NCBI GenBank assembly: GCA_963782055.1
Contig: CAWAIF010000003.1
Span: 5,504,001 to 5,568,000, forward strand
Source of the DNA: an uncultured delta proteobacterium
GTDB taxonomy: Bacteria > Myxococcota_A > Polyangia > Polyangiales > Polyangiaceae
Direction: 5' to 3'
Length of the DNA: 64,000 nt
The notes under the pieces are model-generated. The model did not search any database, was not told where the DNA came from, and worked only from the letters and a program-made list of their open reading frames with translations. Of the stretch, positions 20,476 through 29,098 are shown piece after piece. Position 1 is the stretch's first letter; each line of letters opens with the position of its first letter. The position numbers and the translations under genes are program-made.

Positions 20476-21732
20476 GTGGATGAAGGCAAATTGTTCGTGG
20501 GCATCGATTGGGGCACGGGCACCCACCAGGTGTGCGTGCTCGACAGCGACCGCAAGGTCATCGACCAGCGGCAGGTGGAGCACGACGGCGAAGCCATCGC
20601 CGCGATGGCCGACCGGCTGCTGACGCTGGCGCACGGTGACGCGACCAGGCTGGCCGTGGGCATCGAGACGCCGTGGAGCGCGGTCGCCGAGGCGCTGCTC
20701 GAGCGCGGCATTCATGTATTTTACATCAACCCCAAGCAGCTCGATCGCTTCCGCGATCGGCACACCGCCTCCGGCGCCAAGGACGACCGGCGCGACGCCT
20801 TCGTCATCGCGGACTCGTTGCGGACCGACGCCCACGCCTTCCACCAGATCAAGGTCGGCGACCCGCGCCTGGTGGAGCTGCGGGAGCTGTCGCGCATGAA
20901 CGACGAGCTACGGAAGGACGTACACGCGCTCGCCGGCCGTCTCCACGCGCAGATGGTCCGCGTCTTCCCGCAGGTCCTCGAGCTCGGCTCCGTCTACACC
21001 GACCTTTGGCTGCTGGCCTTGCTGAGCCGTGCGCCGACGCCGGAGCAGCTCAAGGAGCTGAGCCTCGCGAAGGTCCGCGTGGTGCTCACCACCCACCAGG
21101 TCCGCAAGTGGACGCCCGAGCAGGTGTGCGCGACGTTGCGCAAGAAGCCGCTGACGGTGGCGCCCGGCGTCATGACCGCGGCGGCCGCACACGTCCGCGC
21201 GTTGCTGCCGCGACTGCTGCTGCTTCACCAGCAGATGCGCGAGACGCGCGCCGCGATGCGCGGGCTGCTCGACGACCTCGCCAAGCCCTCCGAGGAGCCA
21301 GACAAAAATGAGCATCGTGACGTGACCATCCTTCGATCCTTGCCGGGCGTCGGAATGATTGTCGCCGCCACGATGCTCACCGAGGCGCCTGAAGCGCTCG
21401 CCGCTCGAGACTATCACCGGTTGCGCCTGCTCTGTGGGACTGCGCCGGTGACCCGACAGAGCGGAAAGTCGTGGTCCGCCTCGATGCGCCGCGCCTGCAG
21501 CCGCCGGCTGCGGGCGGCCGTCTTCCACATGACCAACACCCTCATCGCCCACGACCCCCGCGCCAAGGCGCTGTACGCGGCGCACCGCGGTCGCGGGCAC
21601 ACCCGAGGGCACGCGCTCCGAGCCGTCGCAGACCGCGCGCTGGCCATGCTGGTGGCGATGCTCCGCGACGGCAGGGTGTACGACCCGAGCCGCCGCGGCG
21701 TACCCGCCGCGCCTGTTGCCGCATCTTCCTGA
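20476..21732 (+). CDS. IS110-family DEDD transposase/recombinase
   Basis: FVGIDWG, GIETP and KDDRRDA (DEDD RuvC-like); LRSLPGVG...GTAPVTRQSGK C-terminal domain; AAGGAGG RBS before GTG 20476. Confidence 0.93.
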   Translation: MDEGKLFVGIDWGTGTHQVCVLDSDRKVIDQRQVEHDGEAIAAMADRLLTLAHGDATRLAVGIETPWSAVAEALLERGIHVFYINPKQLDRFRDRHTASGAKDDRRDAFVIADSLRTDAHAFHQIKVGDPRLVELRELSRMNDELRKDVHALAGRLHAQMVRVFPQVLELGSVYTDLWLLALLSRAPTPEQLKELSLAKVRVVLTTHQVRKWTPEQVCATLRKKPLTVAPGVMTAAAAHVRALLPRLLLLHQQMRETRAAMRGLLDDLAKPSEEPDKNEHRDVTILRSLPGVGMIVAATMLTEAPEALAARDYHRLRLLCGTAPVTRQSGKSWSASMRRACSRRLRAAVFHMTNTLIAHDPRAKALYAAHRGRGHTRGHALRAVADRALAMLVAMLRDGRVYDPSRRGVPAAPVAASS

Positions 21733-21743
21733 CGAAATCGGGC

Positions 21744-21749
21744 TTGCCA
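21744..21749 (+). promoter_or_regulatory. Outward-facing -35-like hexamer at the IS110 right end
   Basis: TTGCCA; after circularisation it lies 17 bp from TACGTG (20258-20263, a weak -10 match). Confidence 0.45.
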
Positions 21750-21801
21750 ACACACCGGAAGTCCCCTCGCCGGCTCGCCGCTCACCGGGCATACTCGCGC
21801 C

Positions 21802-22497
21802 ATGCGCCGCGCCGTCCTCCCGCTCCTGTTCGCCGTGGCCGTGGCCGCGTGCCATGGCTCCAGCACCGACTCCACGCCGGCCCCCCCCGCGAGCGCGAGC
21901 GCGCCTGCGCCGGGCGAGACAGCCCCGCCGCCGTCCGCCACGGCCGCGCTCGCGCCGCCCCCCCTGGCGTCGGCCTCCGCCGCCGACACCTCGGCTGTGG
22001 GCGCCGCGGCCGGCGCGACCGGCGCTGTGGGCGCCGCGGCCGGCGCGACCGCCCACGCGGGCGCGCCCACGACGACCGCCGCGGCCCCCTCGGCGCCGCT
22101 CGTGCCGGGGACCGGGTCGCACTTCGAGGGCAAGCACTTCACCCTCGACGTGCCCGCGCCGGCCGGGTGCGCGAAGGGCCAGCCGTGCTCCTTCGTGGCG
22201 AAGCTCACCGCCACCGGCGCGTTCCACGTCAACAAGGAGTACCCCTACAAGCTGACGATGACCGCCGTGCCCGGGGTGGAGTTCCTCGGCAACGACGTCG
22301 CCGCCCGCACGGTCTTCTCCAAGCACGGCGGCGACTTCACCGTCTCCGGCGAGAAGTCCGGGACGATGGTGGTGCGCTACCAGCCGAAGGTGTCCGGCCC
22401 CGTCAACTTCACCGGCACGCTCAAGCTGAGTGTGTGCAACGCCAGCACGTGCCTGATGGACCAGGCGCCCGTGAAGGCGTCGGTCCCCGTCCGTTGA
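21802..22497 (+). CDS. Hypothetical lipoprotein (Ala/Pro linker plus beta-sandwich, DsbD-N-like)
   Basis: MRRAVL...VAAC lipobox; FHVNKEYPYKL...LKLSVCNASTC. Confidence 0.7.
   Translation: MRRAVLPLLFAVAVAACHGSSTDSTPAPPASASAPAPGETAPPPSATAALAPPPLASASAADTSAVGAAAGATGAVGAAAGATAHAGAPTTTAAAPSAPLVPGTGSHFEGKHFTLDVPAPAGCAKGQPCSFVAKLTATGAFHVNKEYPYKLTMTAVPGVEFLGNDVAARTVFSKHGGDFTVSGEKSGTMVVRYQPKVSGPVNFTGTLKLSVCNASTCLMDQAPVKASVPVR
21994..22050 (+). repeat. Intragenic tandem repeat (27-nt identical unit, 30-nt period, two copies)
   Basis: GCTGTGGGCGCCGCGGCCGGCGCGACC at 21994 and 22024. Confidence 0.85.
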
Positions 22498-23069
22498 GCC
22501 TCCGCCGCACCGCGAACGTCGCCCTCGTCGCCGACCGCGAGCACTACGACGAGCTCGTGATGGGCGTGGTGGTCAAGGCCCGCACGCAGGTGTGGATCGC
22601 GACGGCCAACCTGAAGGAGATGATGCTGGAGGCGCCCATCGGCACCACGGCGCGCGCGCGCGGACGCTACATGTCGGTGCTGGAGGTGTTCCGCGATCTC
22701 GTCGCCCGCGGCGTGGACGTGCGCATCCTGCACGCGTCGCCGCCCTCGGGCCCCTTCCGGCGGTCGCTCGCGCGCTTCACGCCGGGGGCGCGCCGCCGGG
22801 GCTTCCAGATGCGCATGTGCCCGCGCGTGCACCTCAAGGTGATCGCGGTGGACGGCGCGTCGCTCTACCTCGGCAGCGCCAACTTCACGGGCGCAGGCCT
22901 GGGCGCGAAGGGCGACGGCCGGCGCAACTTCGAGATGGGGGTGCTCACCGACGACGACGTGCTGCTCGACACCGCGCAGGCGCGCTTCGACCGCATCTGG
23001 TCGGGGAAGGAGTGCGCCGGGTGCAAGCTGCGCCGCCTGTGCCCCAAGCCGATCGACACGCTGAAGTGA
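22494..23069 (+). CDS. Phospholipase D-like protein with a single HKD motif
   Basis: VHLKVIAVD...YLGSANFT...NFEMG; TTG start overlapping the upstream TGA; C-terminal CAGCKLRRLCP. Confidence 0.82.
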   Translation: MSLRRTANVALVADREHYDELVMGVVVKARTQVWIATANLKEMMLEAPIGTTARARGRYMSVLEVFRDLVARGVDVRILHASPPSGPFRRSLARFTPGARRRGFQMRMCPRVHLKVIAVDGASLYLGSANFTGAGLGAKGDGRRNFEMGVLTDDDVLLDTAQARFDRIWSGKECAGCKLRRLCPKPIDTLK

Positions 23070-23091
23070 CGCGGCGGCGCGAAGGCGTCAG

Positions 23092-23886
23092 TCAGTTCGC
23101 CGCCCAGGAGCGCATCGCCGACTCGAGCGCCCAGCGCGCGACCACCGCCGTGCGCCCCTGCCGGCGCTTGACGAAGGTGGTGTACTTGCGCTTGGCGAAG
23201 AGCCACGTCATGGGGAAGAAGGTTCGGGTGTACGTCTCGCCGGGGAAGGCGCTCTCAAAATCGGTGCGCGCCCAGTCGGCGCTGAAGCTGGTGTAGGCGT
23301 CGGGCGTGGCGAGGTTGGGGTTGTAGCGGTCGACGGTGGTGTAGTCGGGCGACCACTTCATCGTCGCCATCCACTCGAAGTGGTCCATCTCCGCCCAGGT
23401 GCCCTGGTGCTCCACGCCGAAGGCGTGGGCGGGGACGCCCAGATCCTCCACGTAGTGGAGCAGGATGCCGAGCAGGAAGAAGGCGCGGGCGTGCAGGCCC
23501 CAGCGGTAGTCCTCGTCCGCCCAGGCCCACAGGCGCTCGGGGTGCTTGCAGGCGGCGTTGGTACCCTCCACCTCCGCGCGGATCGCCTCCAGGTCGGCGT
23601 CGCCGGTGGGGAGCTCGTGCACCTCGCTGTTGGCGCCGCGCAGGATCTCGTCCCTGTACGCGAGCACCTCCGGGTAGCTCGTGCCGACGTGCTGGATGGC
23701 GTACTCGGTCAGGTAGGAGTGCGTGGCGTGGGTGGGGTTGTGGTGCTGACTGTCCCACGCCTGCTGATCCGCCTCGGTGAACTCCGGGTCGATGTCTTCC
23801 CCGCTGGGGTCTGCGCCGGCAGCCATGGCGCAGGCGCTCAGTCCGAAGACGAAGAGGAGGAACCAGACCAGGCGGCTGAGCTTCAT
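23092..23886 (-). CDS. Zinc-dependent phospholipase C / S1-P1-fold-like exported protein
   Basis: LSAC lipobox, W...H.TH N-terminal ligands, LLHYVEDLGVPAH, DHFE. Confidence 0.62.
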   Translation of the reverse strand: MKLSRLVWFLLFVFGLSACAMAAGADPSGEDIDPEFTEADQQAWDSQHHNPTHATHSYLTEYAIQHVGTSYPEVLAYRDEILRGANSEVHELPTGDADLEAIRAEVEGTNAACKHPERLWAWADEDYRWGLHARAFFLLGILLHYVEDLGVPAHAFGVEHQGTWAEMDHFEWMATMKWSPDYTTVDRYNPNLATPDAYTSFSADWARTDFESAFPGETYTRTFFPMTWLFAKRKYTTFVKRRQGRTAVVARWALESAMRSWAAN

Positions 23887-24032
23887 GGCCGGGAAACCTA
23901 CATCGTCGTACAGGGTATGCAAGTGGAATCTTGTCGCCTACATGTGGCAGATACGCGAGCGCCTATCACGTTGAAATCATTAGATCTCACCCCGCGCCCG
24001 GCCCCCCCCTCCCCTCACCTGCCCGTCCCGAT

Positions 24033-24064
24033 CGTCGGAGTGCAAGGATGCTTCCACTCCGACG
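24033..24064. repeat. Intergenic palindrome (REP-like hairpin)
   Basis: CGTCGGAGTG (24033-24042) / CACTCCGACG (24055-24064) form a perfect 10-bp stem, flanked by C-rich and G-rich tracts. Confidence 0.6.
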
Positions 24065-24131
24065 GGTGGGTGCGGTTCGGGGCTGGGGGGCGGGCGGGGC
24101 GGTTGCGGGCGGGGCGGTTGGCCTCGGGGTG

Positions 24132-25703
24132 CTAGCCCGGGATCAGGCGGCGGAGCTCCGCCTCATCGCCCCGTTGCATCGCGGCCTCCGTCCTCAGGCT
24201 GACGTCGTCGCGCATGACGGTGGCGACGGCGAGCGTCCGGTCGCCCTGCCGGTAGGCGACCGCGCAGTCGCGGGCGGAGGGATCCCCCGCGATGTCCACC
24301 CGGTCCCAGGCCGCCGCGTGCCCCACGTACGCCACGGGCACGTCGTAGTGCTGGCTCCAGAAGAAGGGGACGGTGTCGAAGCGCACGTCCTGGCCGAGGA
24401 TGCTGCGCGCCGCCGTCTGGCCCTGCCGCTCGGCCACCACCCAGTGCTCGATCCGCAGTCGCCCACCGCGCGGGTCGGGGTAGCTGGCGATGTCGCCCGC
24501 GGCCCACACCCCCGCGACGCTGGCGCGCAGCTGCGCGTCGACGACCACGCCGCGCTCCACCTTGATGCCCGCCTCCTCGGCCAGCGTCAGGTCGGGGCGC
24601 ACGCCGACGCCCATCACCACCAGGTCGGCCGCGATCGCCTCGCCGCCGGCGAGCGTCACCTGGGTCTGGTCGATCGCGATGGGCTTGTCCTCCAGGTGGA
24701 AGACCACGCCGTGCTCCTCGTGCAGGGCGCGGATCATGTCGCCGAGCTCCTTGCCGAGCACCCGCTCCAGCGGGCGCGACTCCGGCGCGACCACGTGGAC
24801 CTCCAGGCCTCGCGCGCGCAGCGACGCGGCGACCTCCAGGCCGATGAAGCTGGCGCCCGCGACGACCGCGCGCTTCGCGCCCGCCACCTTCGCCAGGATG
24901 GCGTGGGTGTCGGCCAGCGAGCGCAGGACGAAGACGTGCGGCAGGTCCGCGCCCGGGATGGGCAGGCGCACCGGCTCCGCGCCCGTCGCCAGCAGCAGCG
25001 CGTCGTAGGAGAGCGAGCCGCCGTCGGACAGGAAGACCATGCGCGAGGACGGGTCGAGGCGAGTGACGCGCACGCCGAGCAACAGGTCGATGCGGTGCGC
25101 GGCGTAGAAGTCCCGCGGCCGCAGGGGGATCCACTCCTCCGGCGCGGTGCCCGCGAGGTAGTCCTTGGAGAGGTTGGGGCGATCCACCGGGCCATCGGCG
25201 TCCTCGCCGATGAGGCGGACCGAACCGTCGAAGCCCTCGCGGCGGAGCATCTCGGCGGCGGCGGCGCCTGCCGCGCCGGCGCCCACGATGACGACGCGCG
25301 ACGGGAGGCCGGAGCCGGGCGTCCCCACCGGCGCGTTGCCGCCCGGCCGGTCGGAGAAGGCGTCCTTCTTGCGCAGCACGACCAGCCGGTCCGCGCGCTG
25401 CTCCACCTCCCAGCACGGCACCGCGTTCAGCCCGGGGGCGGCGAGGGCGGCGCCCGTCTCCAGGCTGAAGCAGGCGTGGTGCCACGGGCAGCGTACGGTG
25501 TCGCCGACGACGAGCCCCTCGCCCAGAGGACCGCCGTAATGCGTGCAGGTTGCACCTATCGCGAAGACCCGCTCCCCGCGGCGAGCGACCAGCACCGACT
25601 CGCCGCCGGCGTGCCCCACGAGCGAGCCGCCGTCGGGCACGTCCGCCGCCAGGATTCCCTGCTCAAGATCCGGCCCGGTGAGCTGGCCCTCTCCGCTTCC
25701 CAT
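24132..25703 (-). CDS. Rieske [2Fe-2S] plus FAD-dependent pyridine nucleotide-disulfide oxidoreductase fusion (AIFM3-like)
   Basis: CTHYG...RCPWHHACF, IVGAGAAG, DRPNLSK, AAGDIA, RIEHWVVAERQG, VPFFWSQHYD. Confidence 0.9.
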   Translation of the reverse strand: MGSGEGQLTGPDLEQGILAADVPDGGSLVGHAGGESVLVARRGERVFAIGATCTHYGGPLGEGLVVGDTVRCPWHHACFSLETGAALAAPGLNAVPCWEVEQRADRLVVLRKKDAFSDRPGGNAPVGTPGSGLPSRVVIVGAGAAGAAAAEMLRREGFDGSVRLIGEDADGPVDRPNLSKDYLAGTAPEEWIPLRPRDFYAAHRIDLLLGVRVTRLDPSSRMVFLSDGGSLSYDALLLATGAEPVRLPIPGADLPHVFVLRSLADTHAILAKVAGAKRAVVAGASFIGLEVAASLRARGLEVHVVAPESRPLERVLGKELGDMIRALHEEHGVVFHLEDKPIAIDQTQVTLAGGEAIAADLVVMGVGVRPDLTLAEEAGIKVERGVVVDAQLRASVAGVWAAGDIASYPDPRGGRLRIEHWVVAERQGQTAARSILGQDVRFDTVPFFWSQHYDVPVAYVGHAAAWDRVDIAGDPSARDCAVAYRQGDRTLAVATVMRDDVSLRTEAAMQRGDEAELRRLIPG

Positions 25704-25871
25704 GGTCCCGAGCATACGTGGGGCACCGACCATGTCACGCGCGCCGTCACACTCACCCATCGCCCTCGCGGCGGGCGGTCGCTGAAGACCAGCCTCGTCC
25801 AGCGTCGGGGAGGTCGCGCGCGCGGGGAGGCGAAGTGACTGCGCGCCCCTGCTGAGGGACAATGGCCCGGC

Positions 25872-26924
25872 GTGGATCCGGACCCCATCGCCGAGCTGCG
25901 AGAGCGGCAGGCCAAGCTCGAGAAGGAGAACGCGAGGCAGCGAGCGATCACGCGCGGGGTCCTCGCGGCGGTGGCGGCGGCCGCGGTGGGGATCGTCCTG
26001 TACCGGTACACCCACCCGGCGGCGCCGCCCCGCGGCGCGGCGGCGGCAGGCTCCGGCGTCACGCCCGCGCCCACGCGCTCGTCCCTCGCACCAGCCGCGA
26101 CCGGGGCGCCCGCGCCCGCGTGGACGAGGGTGGCGCTGCCGCGCGCTGCGTCCCTCGACGCCGTCAGCTCGGGGGCGGATGCCACCTTCGCCGTCGGCGA
26201 GGCCGGGACCATCCTGCGCGCGCCGGCCGGCGGCCCGTGGGCGGTGCAGGCCTCCGGAACGAGCGCGGATCTGCACGGCGTCGCGCAGCAGGCGGGGCGC
26301 GCCGTGGCGGTGGGCGATCACGGCACCGTCCTCGAGCTCTCCGGTTCTGCGTGGAAGCCGGCGGCGCGGATCGCCGACGTGGCCCTGCGCGCGGTGGCCT
26401 ACTCCTCCTACGGCGTCATCGCGGTGGGCGACGGCGGCACCATCCTCATCGATCTGGACGGCAGCTGGCGGCGCGACGACAGCGGCACCACCGCCGACCT
26501 CTTCGGCGTCTGCGCCGGCCTGCGCGAGGCCTACGTCGTCGGCGCGGGAGGCACCGTCCTGCGCCGCGAGGGCTTCGTGTGGAAGCGTGTCCCGGTCCCG
26601 ACGCAGGCCGACCTGCTCGGCGTGGCGTGCGACGACGCCAGGGCGACCGCCGTCGGGCGCGGCGGCGTGGTGGTGCGGCGCGACGCGCCCTCGTCCCCCT
26701 TCAAGGTGGTGGCGAGCGGCGCCGGGCGGGACCTCGAGGCGGTCTCCTCCCCGTCCTACACGCCGAGCTATCTCGCGGTCGGCGCGGGCGGTCTGGTGGT
26801 GCGCGCGGTCGCCGACTACCGGCCCGTCGCCGGCGCGGTGCAGGGCGACCTTCACGCCGTCGTCGAGGGGCCGACGGGCACCTTCGCCGCGGGCGATCAG
26901 GGCCTCTTCCGTCCTGCGCGCTGA
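25872..26924 (+). CDS. Membrane-anchored beta-propeller (BNR/YCF48-like repeats)
   Basis: One TM helix, then repeated L.gV....AVG..GT(I/V)L......W units. Confidence 0.72.
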   Translation: MDPDPIAELRERQAKLEKENARQRAITRGVLAAVAAAAVGIVLYRYTHPAAPPRGAAAAGSGVTPAPTRSSLAPAATGAPAPAWTRVALPRAASLDAVSSGADATFAVGEAGTILRAPAGGPWAVQASGTSADLHGVAQQAGRAVAVGDHGTVLELSGSAWKPAARIADVALRAVAYSSYGVIAVGDGGTILIDLDGSWRRDDSGTTADLFGVCAGLREAYVVGAGGTVLRREGFVWKRVPVPTQADLLGVACDDARATAVGRGGVVVRRDAPSSPFKVVASGAGRDLEAVSSPSYTPSYLAVGAGGLVVRAVADYRPVAGAVQGDLHAVVEGPTGTFAAGDQGLFRPAR

Positions 26925-27051
26925 AGAACCGTCCAGGAGTCGCGATCGCGCGACGAAGTCTCGCGTCACTGGCGAGGAGGGGGCGGCGCGCGCCGCCCCC
27001 GCGACAACCTTTTGAGACGCGCCGCGAGACCTGGGGTGCTAGCATGCCCGC

Positions 27052-27894
27052 ATGTTTCCGCCTCGCCGTGCATTCCTTCTCTTGGTGTCCCTGCTCGCGG
27101 CCCTCGCCTGCGGGTGCGGAGCGCGCGCCGGTCTGGACGACCCCGACGCCATCATCCCGCCGGACATGGACAGCGGCCTTCCGGACAACATCGCGCCGCC
27201 GCCCAACAGCTGCGGCAACGGCACGTGCGACGGCCAGGACACCTGCACCAACTGCCCGGGCGACTGCGGCTTCTGCCAGACGTGCGGCGACGGCACCTGC
27301 CAGGCAGACGAGAACTGCAACGCCTGCCCGCAGGACTGCGGCGCGTGCCCCAAGTGCGGTGACGGCTTCTGCTCCGGCGCGGAGAACTGCTCCACGTGCG
27401 CGCCCGACTGCGGCAAGTGCGCGAGCTGCGGCGACGGCACCTGCAACGGCACGACGGAGGACTGCTTCACCTGCCCCGACGACTGCGGCAAGTGCCAGGG
27501 CTGCGGGGACGGCACCTGCTCCAACGGGGAAAACTGCAGCTCGTGCCCGCACGACTGCGGCGTGTGCGCGGTGTGCGGCAACAACAAGTGCGAGAAGTAC
27601 GAGACGTGCGCCAACTGCCCGGACGACTGCGGCCAGTGCACGACCAACTCCTGCTTCCAGGCCTTCACCTGCTCGATCAAGTGCATCGACACCAAGACCA
27701 AGCCGCCCAACGTCAGCCTGTCCTGCCTGGCCAACTGCGTGGCCCTGGGCTGCCCGAACACGCAGTTCTTCCTGGACCAGGCGGTGAACTGCGCCATCGG
27801 GGCCGCCTTCGGGCAGTGCGGCGGGGACTTCAACTGCATCAGCAAGGCGTGCGGAACCGAGATCGCCGCGTGCCTCGGCTCGACCTGCCCCTGA
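27052..27894 (+). CDS. Cysteine-rich lipoprotein with six CG(D/N)xxC repeats
   Basis: LACGC lipobox; ~24-aa repeat CGDGxCxxxExCxxCPxDCGxCxx. Confidence 0.8.
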   Translation: MFPPRRAFLLLVSLLAALACGCGARAGLDDPDAIIPPDMDSGLPDNIAPPPNSCGNGTCDGQDTCTNCPGDCGFCQTCGDGTCQADENCNACPQDCGACPKCGDGFCSGAENCSTCAPDCGKCASCGDGTCNGTTEDCFTCPDDCGKCQGCGDGTCSNGENCSSCPHDCGVCAVCGNNKCEKYETCANCPDDCGQCTTNSCFQAFTCSIKCIDTKTKPPNVSLSCLANCVALGCPNTQFFLDQAVNCAIGAAFGQCGGDFNCISKACGTEIAACLGSTCP

Positions 27895-27908
27895 GGCGTC
27901 GACCCCGC

Positions 27909-28403
27909 TCAGCGGACGCAGCGGACGTAATACTTCCCGGTGTCTCCCAGCGCGGCGACGCTCCCCGAGCTGAAGTCGACGACGAGCACCTGGCTGGTGC
28001 TACCGACGTAGCTGACGGACACGAAGGACCCCGGCGGCGTCCCGACGAAGGCGTTGGGATCGATGAAGCGGTCGGACTCCTTCTGCGCGAGCGGGTCGTA
28101 CTCCGCGTGCGGGTTCTCGTCGACGAGCGTCAGCAGCTCCTTGTACGTGGGCACCCGCCACGGGCTGGTGGGGTTCCCGACGTTGAGCTGGTCGCAGTAC
28201 GCGACGGCGCCGCTGACGTCCACGAGCTTGCTCGCGTCCACACGGCGCTGCCACGTGAGCCCGGTCTTGGTGTCGTGGATGGTCTGATCGTTGATGTTGA
28301 AGGTCTGGTAGTGGCCAGGCGGCGCGCTCGCGATGGCCGGCGAGACGGCGAGCGCGGAGAGCGCGGCGGCGGCGACGACGGGGAGAGCTCGGCGCGCGCT
28401 CAT
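27909..28403 (-). CDS. DUF1566 (Lcl C-terminal) domain secreted protein
   Basis: DTKTGLTWQR, A..YC..L...WRVPT.KELLTL, YVRCVR; ATG 28403 overlaps the upstream stop. Confidence 0.82.
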   Translation of the reverse strand: MSARRALPVVAAAALSALAVSPAIASAPPGHYQTFNINDQTIHDTKTGLTWQRRVDASKLVDVSGAVAYCDQLNVGNPTSPWRVPTYKELLTLVDENPHAEYDPLAQKESDRFIDPNAFVGTPPGSFVSVSYVGSTSQVLVVDFSSGSVAALGDTGKYYVRCVR

Positions 28404-29098
28404 TGGGCCCTCACGCACTCGACGTAGGCGCTCGTGCTCTTCTGCTCGTCCTGCTGCTGGTCCAGGCCCGCGTTGGCGAAGTTGACCATCCAGAAGGAGG
28501 GCGGGATGGCCTTGACGGGACGCACGACCGAAGCCGTCCAGTAAACACCGGCCGTCAGGGCGATCGGCGTCTGCACGTACGCCGCGCCCGCGTCGTTCAC
28601 GCCCCGGTTGTCGAGCAGGGTGATCAGCTCGATGCGGGTGGGCACCCGCCACTTGGTGCCGGCGTCGGCGCCGAGATCGTCGCAGAAGCCCTTCGCCGCC
28701 GCGAAGCTCTTGACGGGCGACTGCGAGCCCACCTGCCGCCAGAAGAGCTTGGTCACGTTGTCGAAGACCAGCCCTGCGTCGATCAACCCCGCGTTCTCGA
28801 AGTGGAGCGGGTACGCGGTCGCGTCCCACGCCGCGCCGGCGTCGAAGGGCGGGTTGGGCATCGGCCAGGCAGCCCAGCTCGTCGCCTCGGCCACGCCGTC
28901 GGGCAGCACGAAGGAGCCAGAGTCGTCGGCGTCGACGGTGGCGATCACGTCGACGCCGCCCTCGTCGCAGCCGGTGCCGGTGCAGTCGGGGGAGGCGTCC
29001 ACCTTCTCGTAGCGGTCGAGCCCCAGCACCTGCTGGCACGCCGGGAAGGCGGCGAGCAGGAGCGCAGCCCCGGCGGCGACGACCCACCTAGAACGCAC
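28400..29098 (-). CDS. DUF1566 domain lipoprotein
   Basis: FPAC lipobox, DNVTKLFWRQ, WRVPTRIELITL, YWTAS, YVECVR. Confidence 0.82.
   Translation of the reverse strand: MRSRWVVAAGAALLLAAFPACQQVLGLDRYEKVDASPDCTGTGCDEGGVDVIATVDADDSGSFVLPDGVAEATSWAAWPMPNPPFDAGAAWDATAYPLHFENAGLIDAGLVFDNVTKLFWRQVGSQSPVKSFAAAKGFCDDLGADAGTKWRVPTRIELITLLDNRGVNDAGAAYVQTPIALTAGVYWTASVVRPVKAIPPSFWMVNFANAGLDQQQDEQKSTSAYVECVRAQ

Larger units (their letters stand above)
20253..21764 (+). mobile_element. IS110-family insertion sequence, complete; TCC core at both ends
   Basis: IS110 transposase, ~220 bp upstream non-coding end and short downstream end. Boundaries inferred from TCC at 20253-20255 and 21762-21764 and from guide matches in the upstream end. 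Confidence 0.87.

Noticed and set aside
20253..21764. Terminal inverted repeats or a long target-site duplication for the IS
   Set aside because: None seen; only the TCC core is repeated, as expected for IS110
25733..25751. TGTCAC...CGTCAC as a second PHO box
   Set aside because: Spacing is 12 bp rather than 11 and there is no other support
24132..26969. 945-aa version of the Rieske oxidoreductase
   Set aside because: The extension overlaps the plus-strand propeller gene; family-like sequence begins near ATG 25703
27210..27640. CxxC motifs as heme- or Fe-S-binding sites
   Set aside because: No CxxCH, and the protein is an exported lipoprotein, so disulfides are more likely
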